From assembly GCA_964234715.1 (NCBI GenBank), contig OZ174279.1: a DNA stretch of 64,000 nucleotides; one strand, written 5' to 3'. The translations under genes and the position numbers were made by a program. This document shows, in pieces, positions 57,503 to 64,000 of this stretch. This stretch comes from Podarcis melisellensis (Eukaryota). Within the stretch, counting starts at the first letter, position 1. Each line of letters starts with the position of its first letter. Below the pieces are notes generated by a model. That model did not search any database and had not been told where the DNA came from. It saw nothing but the letters and a program-made list of their open reading frames with translations.

Positions 57503-60500
57503 ATGAAAGGCACTTGCAGGTAAGGAATAAGGAGTAAAGAATCGTAGAGTTGGAAGGGATCTCGAGGATCATCTAGTCCAGCACCCTGAAAATGCAGGAG
57601 TACGCAGCTGTCTCTTACAGGGATCAAACCTGCAACCTTAGCATTATGAGCACCACACTCTAACCAACTGAGCTATCTTAGTAGTAATAACTTATTTTGC
57701 AGGGAATTTTGATGAATGTANNNNNNNNNNNNNNNNNNNNNNNNNNNNNNNNNNNNNNNNNNNNNNNNNNNNNNNNNNNNNNNNNNNNNNNNNNNNNNNN
57801 NNNNNNNNNNNNNNNNNNNNNNNNNNNNNNNNNNNNNNNNNNNNNNNNNNNNNNNNNNNNNNNNNNNNNNNNNNNNNNNNNNNNNNNNNNNNNNNNNNNN
57901 NNNNNNNNNNNNNNNNNNNNNNNNNNNNNNNNNNNNNNNNNNNNNNNNNNNNNNNNNNNNNNNNNNNNNNNNNNNNNNNNNNNNNNNNNNNNNNNNNNNN
58001 NNNNNNNNNNNNNNNNNNNNNNNNNNNNNNNNNNNNNNNNNNNNNNNNNNNNNNNNNNNNNNNNNNNNNNNNNNNNNNNNNNNNNNNNNNNNNNNNNNNN
58101 NNNNNNNNNNNNNNNNNNNNNNNNNNNNNNNNNNNNNNNNNNNNNNNNNNNNNNNNNNNNNNNNNNNNNNNNNNNNNNNNNNNNNNNNNNNNNNNNNNNN
58201 NNNNNNNNNNNNNNNNNNNNNNNNNNNNNNNNNNNNNNNNNNNNNNNNNNNNNNNNNNNNNNNNNNNNNNNNNNNNNNNNNNNNNNNNNNNNNNNNNNNN
58301 NNNNNNNNNNNNNNNNNNNNNNNNNNNNNNNNNNNNNNNNNNNNNNNNNNNNNNNNNNNNNNNNNNNNNNNNNNNNNNNNNNNNNNNNNNNNNNNNNNNN
58401 NNNNNNNNNNNNNNNNNNNNNNNNNNNNNNNNNNNNNNNNNNNNNNNNNNNNNNNNNNNNNNNNNNNNNNNNNNNNNNNNNNNNNNNNNNNNNNNNNNNN
58501 NNNNNNNNNNNNNNNNNNNNNNNNNNNNNNNNNNNNNNNNNNNNNNNNNNTATCTACCTGCAATTTAATCTGGAGATATGTGTTTAAGGTTGGTTTCCCT
58601 GGCTGTTTCTTAGGCTTTTGGCTAAAAGGAAGCATTTGGAAGCTAGGTGGGCTGTGTGTTTTTCAGAACTCCAGTAATGTCATATGCGACTTTAGGAGAA
58701 ATTGACAATTGTAGGTTATGTATTCCCCCACCCCTCTAATTCCATATTATACCATTGCAACTTAGTCCAGGGTTATTCAGACCTGTTTCTTCCCATATTA
58801 GATTCTACTTCTTTAAAAACGTTGTCAAACTGTAGAAAAGATGGTGCTGGCAGGTCAAATCCTGTTTACAGCATGGATTCACTTGTAGCCTCTCCCAGCT
58901 AATAAATATCTAGCCGATCTTCTAACTGGTATGTGTGTGTGTAAAATGTATTGTGGGGGAGAGCACCTACTCTAAGTATAGATGACAAAGTCAGTAGGTC
59001 CCTTGAGAAATTTTGTGGGTCTTTGTGTGTGTGTGTGTGTGTGTTTGTGGATGTACAAGCCATGCCTGAGGCTCTGGAAAATAAACTTTCAGCAGTTGTG
59101 GCTTTCTGGATTATAGCTTCTCAGCTCCTGGTAGAAGTGTGGAGCTCACTCTTTCTTAATGGGCAGCTCTGCAAGGGACGGAAGGAAAGCCTCCAGACGT
59201 GGCTGGAGAAGAGGGTCAGTGACTGTTCCTCCCAGGCCTAATAGAGGCCCTGGAACCAAAAAACTGTTATGTTCAATTACAATGTAATTGCATAGGGGAA
59301 ATTTAGCTAATCCATCTTGGCGTTAAACCAATCCAGTAGTGAGCATGCAAGCAAGTGGACGGCAAGGTCTAGATTAGAATCGATCTAGATTGAAAGCAGC
59401 ATGTTGATGACAAGTGTGAATGAACCCAGATTGAGAAAAACTACATTTTTGTGCTACAAATGGGTTAGTGTGTATACACAGCCTAAATAAGCGCACACGC
59501 ATGCACACTTTTTGTGCACGTGGATTGCACTAAGGAGCAGAAAAATATAAGGAATGCAAATTCAGACACAGAAAAGTCTTCCCACCACACCTGGTGAAAT
59601 ACTACAACTGTTCAAAAGTCTGACCCTTGCCATACACTCTAAACTGGTGCTGCTTTGGTTTCATTTTATCCTGAAAGTAAACTCTTTGGAGCCTGCTTAA
59701 TCTCTGGCTTTATTTCCTGTTGTTCTTAAAATGCAAGGAATACAGACCTCTCTCTGTCTCTGTAGAACAAAATGACTTCATTGTGCTTAGGTCTCATGAG
59801 GCACAAGGTATTTTTCTGAAGTAGCAAATGCAATTTGTAAACCGATCAGAAATACATTTTTGTAAAAAAAACACGGAATAAGTCTTTGCTATCACAAAGC
59901 TGAGCAAAGTGGACAATTTTATATCAGCAATATATGCACATTTCCAGGATAAGAGAAAGATAATCTGTTTTGTTTAAAAAAAACCAAGTTATGACACATT
60001 CATTTTGAAGGTGATGTTGGTGTTAAAGGCCAATGTTACCAGGTGAATGGGCTCAACTTTCAGAATTCTTTGAGGAAAGCCAAGATAATATCCCTGCATC
60101 TTAAGAGTTACAGCAGTGCTGTTGTATTAGAAAATGCAGACCATGTATCTATTCTTTTTCAGGTGTTTTCGACACTTTATATGTCTCACTCTTTGCCTGG
60201 GATTGATAGCCTTGATAGGATTCTTTCAGCGCAATGTAAAGCTTGGCATGTAAGTTGATTTTCTAATATGGCTAAACCAGAGAGGACAACTTCTTCCGGA
60301 GAACTAAACCTGTTAAAACCAACCACCAGAAACCCTAGATATTTCTCATAGGCATACCGGTGATCTTTGATGGTGATAGTGACCTCACCTTTGGGCCAAA
60401 TCTCTTCTGCATGCAAAGCAGACACACTATCATGAAGACAAGTCCCTTCCCTTAAAAAAATGATTTAGTATTTTCTCATCGTGGATAAAATAGTCCAGCG

Positions 60501-63500
60501 GATGAAATCTGCATCACATCTATTTATTCTGATTAATTCCTGTTCACTTGACTTTCATCTTTCTCAAGGACAGTATTCTCTAACAAGGACAGTATTCTGG
60601 CTATTCAGTTGGCAAAGGAAAAGATCCAAAACACAGTGGTACCTCGGGTTAAGTACTTAATTCGTTCCAGAGGTCCATACTTAACCTGAAACTGTTCTTA
60701 ACCTGAAGCACCACTTTAGCTAATGGGGCCTCCTGCTGCTGCCGCGCCGCCGCAGCACGATTTCTGTTCTCATCCTGAAGCAAAGTTCTTAACCTGAAGC
60801 ACTATTTCTGGGTTAGCAGAGTTTGTAACCTGAAGTGTATGTAACCTGAAGCGTATGTAACCCGAGATACCACTGTATTGAGAGCCTTGGAATGCAGAGA
60901 GTGCAGAGTTTTGCTTGTGAATCTGGCTAGACTGTTGCAAGCACACATAGATATATGCTTGTAGATCAGAAGTGCCATCGGGCTGGGGGAGCAAGCCCCC
61001 CAACCTTTCAAGAGGGAGGTTGCCCCCCTCAATATTCTGCAGCCTGCTGGGTCCCATCGGGCCCTGCTAGGTCTACCTGCAGTTGTGGTGGGCCTCACTG
61101 GGCCTTCCCACAGCTAGCAGAAGGCTGCACCAGCCCACAGAGTATTAGGAGACGCTGCAGGGACTGGCATACCTGGTGCAAGGTTGCACCGGCCTCCACA
61201 TCATCTCCCGACACAGAAGGCTGCACCTAATTTACAATGCAATCCTATGCACACTTACTTGGAAGTTAAGAATTCAGTGGGCCTAGGCTCCAAGAAAGTG
61301 CATGCAAGGTTGCAGCCTAAGAGTCACATGGGATGGTTCTAATGGCACTTTATTGAGTTGCATCAGCTGGAGGTGGAATTCTCTGAGATTGGATAAGCAA
61401 AAGGCAGCTCTGGTTAAAAGGGTTTTCATTATCTCCACAGCAAAGGGCAAAAGGAGATCAAATAAGGACAAATAAGCAGTAGGCAGTTATAATATACAGT
61501 TACTGACTCACACTTGGATGTATGAGTGGTTAACCTGAGCCCTGAGCTCAAGTTACCATGGGAGGGGCTAAACAGGATCTCAGCAGCCTTTGCCTCTCTC
61601 TGCTTCCTGGGTTTTAAAAAAAGCTGCAGCCAAGCATGGCTTCCAGCTCACGTGAACGAAACTTTCCAAAAGGAGGTTTTTACTGCCTGCCTCTTTGCTA
61701 ATGCAAAAACTGCATTTTTTTTTTTTTTTGGTAAGGAACACAAGTTCTTTCTTTTTAAGTCATTTGGAACATTTTTCTTCTTTATTTCACTGCCAATGGA
61801 TGGAGACTTGTTTGTTGTGAGTAAAATCTTCACTTATTTGCAGAGCTATGTCTCTGCGATTTATTCTAGCCTAGGTATTTTCATGGGGAATATATGTTTA
61901 AATGTGGATGCAGGCAAATGTAAATCTAATGTTTTTATGTGCTTGGAGCAATCACCATTGTGCTAACTCTCCTATGAGAGAGGATGGGTCTTTCCCAAAC
62001 CTTTCTGTTCAACAGTATTATCATCAGGTGGGAAGGGTGGCGTCTGGAGTTTTAAAAGATTCTACCCCTTCTTTATTCATTTTATATTCATGTAGACTGG
62101 GGGCTGTTTCCAAACCCTGCCAACCTACCACAAATGTCATGTTCCTCAAGACACACAAAACGGTCAGCAGCACAGTCCTCAACGTCCTCTTCCGCTTCTC
62201 AGAGAAACACAACCTCACTGTGGCCCTGCCATATCACTTGCACTTCCACCTGGGTTACCCTGTGCACTTCAAAACAACATTTGTTGAGGAGTTCAGAACC
62301 ATTGGTCGACACTTCAACATCATGTGCAACCACTTGAGGTTTAATTTGCCAGAGGTAAGAAAACAGAAAGGACTGCTATTGCTGATTACAATGAAGTTGT
62401 CCTCCCCGCCCCCACTCCCAGTCTGCAAAATTGAGTGATGGCAACATTGAAGATGCATTTCCACAGAGATTTCAGGGGGAATAAGGTCATTCAGCATATC
62501 TGATTGCACACAAACTATACTGGGGCAGACCTTGGTAATATGCCACCCTGAGCAAGGCCATTTGTTGCCCTCCCCACAGTCCATGTAATGCCAGCTTAAG
62601 CCGGGCTTTGGGAAGGGGGCACAATGCTCTGGCAGGTTCCTAGAGCCCTTCGACCTCCTTCCCAAAGCATGACGAGCGCTTGCCCAGCTCTGGGAAGTGA
62701 CCCAGTCAGAGCTCTCCCGTCTCCTTCCTGAAGTTGGACAAGCATTTACTGGGCTTTGAGAAGGCGCCTTCCTCAGCTGTGCTGCACCGTTCATACTGCC
62801 CCAATTCCACCTCTGCCTGCACTTAACCAGCGTTGATCTCTGTTCTGCAGAAATGGCATAACCCACACAGGGTGGGGATGGGGACCTTTGGCCCTCCAAA
62901 TGTTGTTGCTCTCTTAACTCTCACCAGCTACGGTCAGCATGGCCAATGGCTGGAGATGATGGGAGATGTAGTCTAGCAACATCTGGAGATCCGCAGCAGC
63001 AAGAACATCTGTGGGCAAATTTTGGGAAACTGTTGATTTGGGGAATTAAGATTACTGATATTCAAAAGTCTGGCAAATTGCCCTTTTAGAGAATATTTAT
63101 CCTAAAATCTAGGGGTTATAGTACAGTGGTACCTCGGGTTAAGTACTTAATTTGTTCTGGAGGCCCGTTCTTAACCTGAAACTGTTCTTAACCTAAAGCA
63201 CCACTTTAGCTAATGGGGCCTCCTGCTGCTGTCATGCCGCCAGAGCACGATTTCTGTTCTCATCCTGAAGCAAAGTTCTTAACCCGAGGTACTATTTCTG
63301 GGTTAGTGGAGTCTGTAACCTGAAGCGTATGTAACCTGAAGCGTATGTAACCCAAGGTACCACTGTACAATGTATTGAATTCCACACACCCCATACAATA
63401 CGGTTGTATGATTGTGCAAGAAAAGATATCCTCCTTCCTTTCCCACACCCTCAATCTCCCTTGCTAAGGATCCTGACTTTCTCTGTTCTGCTTTTTATTA

Positions 63501-64000
63501 CAAAGGTAAGAAGAGTAATGCCACGTGATACTTTCTATTTTTCTATCCTGCGGGATCCTCCTTCATTGCTGGAATCCTCCTATGCTTATTACAAAACATA
63601 TTCACCAGCATTTCAGAAAACCAAGACACTGAGTGAGTTTCTGGCATCTCCTTGGACGTACTACAATACAAGCAAAAAGCCTTGGAACTTTTATGCCAGG
63701 AACTTCATGTGGTTTGACTTGGGCTATGACAACAATGCAGAATATGATGACTTCTACATCCAGTCTGTAATACAGGATATTGAGCAGAATTTCCAGCTGA
63801 TGCTGATTGCTGAATACTTTGATGAGTCCATGATCCTTCTGAAGAATATGTTATGCTGGGACCTGGATGATGTGGTTTATTTCAAACTGAACACCAGGAG
63901 CCTAGACAGTGTTCAGACTCTGAATCCAGAATACAAGGAAAAGGCGAGAGATTGGTGTGCTCTGGACTGGAAACTTTACACACATTTCAATAGCACCTTC
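57503..64000 (+). CDS. GAL3ST2: Galactose-3-O-sulfotransferase 2-like, 5' part (last exon runs off the window end)
   Basis: Frame-compatible exons 57503-57519 (MKGTCR, donor CAG|GTAAGG), 60163-60249 (transmembrane segment [17 protein letters not shown]), 62096-62354 (5'-PAPS motif [14 protein letters not shown]) and 63506->64000 (FYFSILRDP 3'-PAPS motif; ...NFMWFDLG...[10 protein letters not shown]). Position downstream of D2HGDH matches GAL3ST2. The first exon is less certain and the paralogue identity is untested. Confidence 0.88.
57538..57676 (-). mobile_element. Short tRNA-derived SINE with a CR1-like tail (Squam3-like)
   Basis: Minus strand ATAGCTCAGTTGGTTAGAG...GGTTTGATCCC head followed by CTAGATGATCC...CCCTTCCAACTCTACGATTCT tail. 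Confidence 0.65.
57721..58550. other. Assembly gap (830 N)
   Basis: Run of N characters. Confidence 1.
60634..60875. mobile_element. Tigger-like MITE copy (opposite orientation)
   Basis: CAGTGGTACCTCGGGTT...AACCCGAGATACCACTG-TA; reverse complement of 50590-50831. Confidence 0.85.
63124..63365. mobile_element. Tigger-like MITE copy (opposite orientation)
   Basis: TA-CAGTGGTACCTCGGGTT...AACCCAAGGTACCACTG-TA. Confidence 0.85.

Noticed and set aside
57673-58705. Long ORFs of 296-329 aa in the ORF track
   Set aside because: Artefacts of translating through the N gap.

Overview
Vertebrate genomic DNA, almost certainly a squamate and probably a lacertid lizard, judged from Sauria SINEs, BovB LINE pieces and squamate MITE families. 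It carries the gene block known from human 2q37.3: ATG4B (+, exon 1 upstream of the window), DTYMK (-), ING5 (+), D2HGDH (+) and the 5' part of a GAL3ST2-like gene (+). I traced the exons by splice signals and reading frame. There is an 830-nt assembly gap at 57721-58550. The most unusual feature is a pair of related hAT (Buster/Charlie-type) DNA transposons. Both have TIR CAGTGTTTCCCAA, perfect 8-bp nnnTAnnn target-site duplications and shared ~70-90 bp ends, but they carry different GC-rich, host-like cargo. The 560-bp element at 16254-16813 holds a GC-box/CRE/IRF motif cluster and what looks like a captured first exon (MSGQQQ..., reminiscent of RANBP9). The 2851-bp element at 40800-43650, in D2HGDH intron 1, keeps an uninterrupted 505-codon transposase core, but its N-terminal region is replaced by ~1 kb of CpG-island-like DNA. 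Together they suggest a young 'Pack-hAT' family that captures and moves host CpG-island or first-exon DNA. That interpretation is inference and needs database searches.
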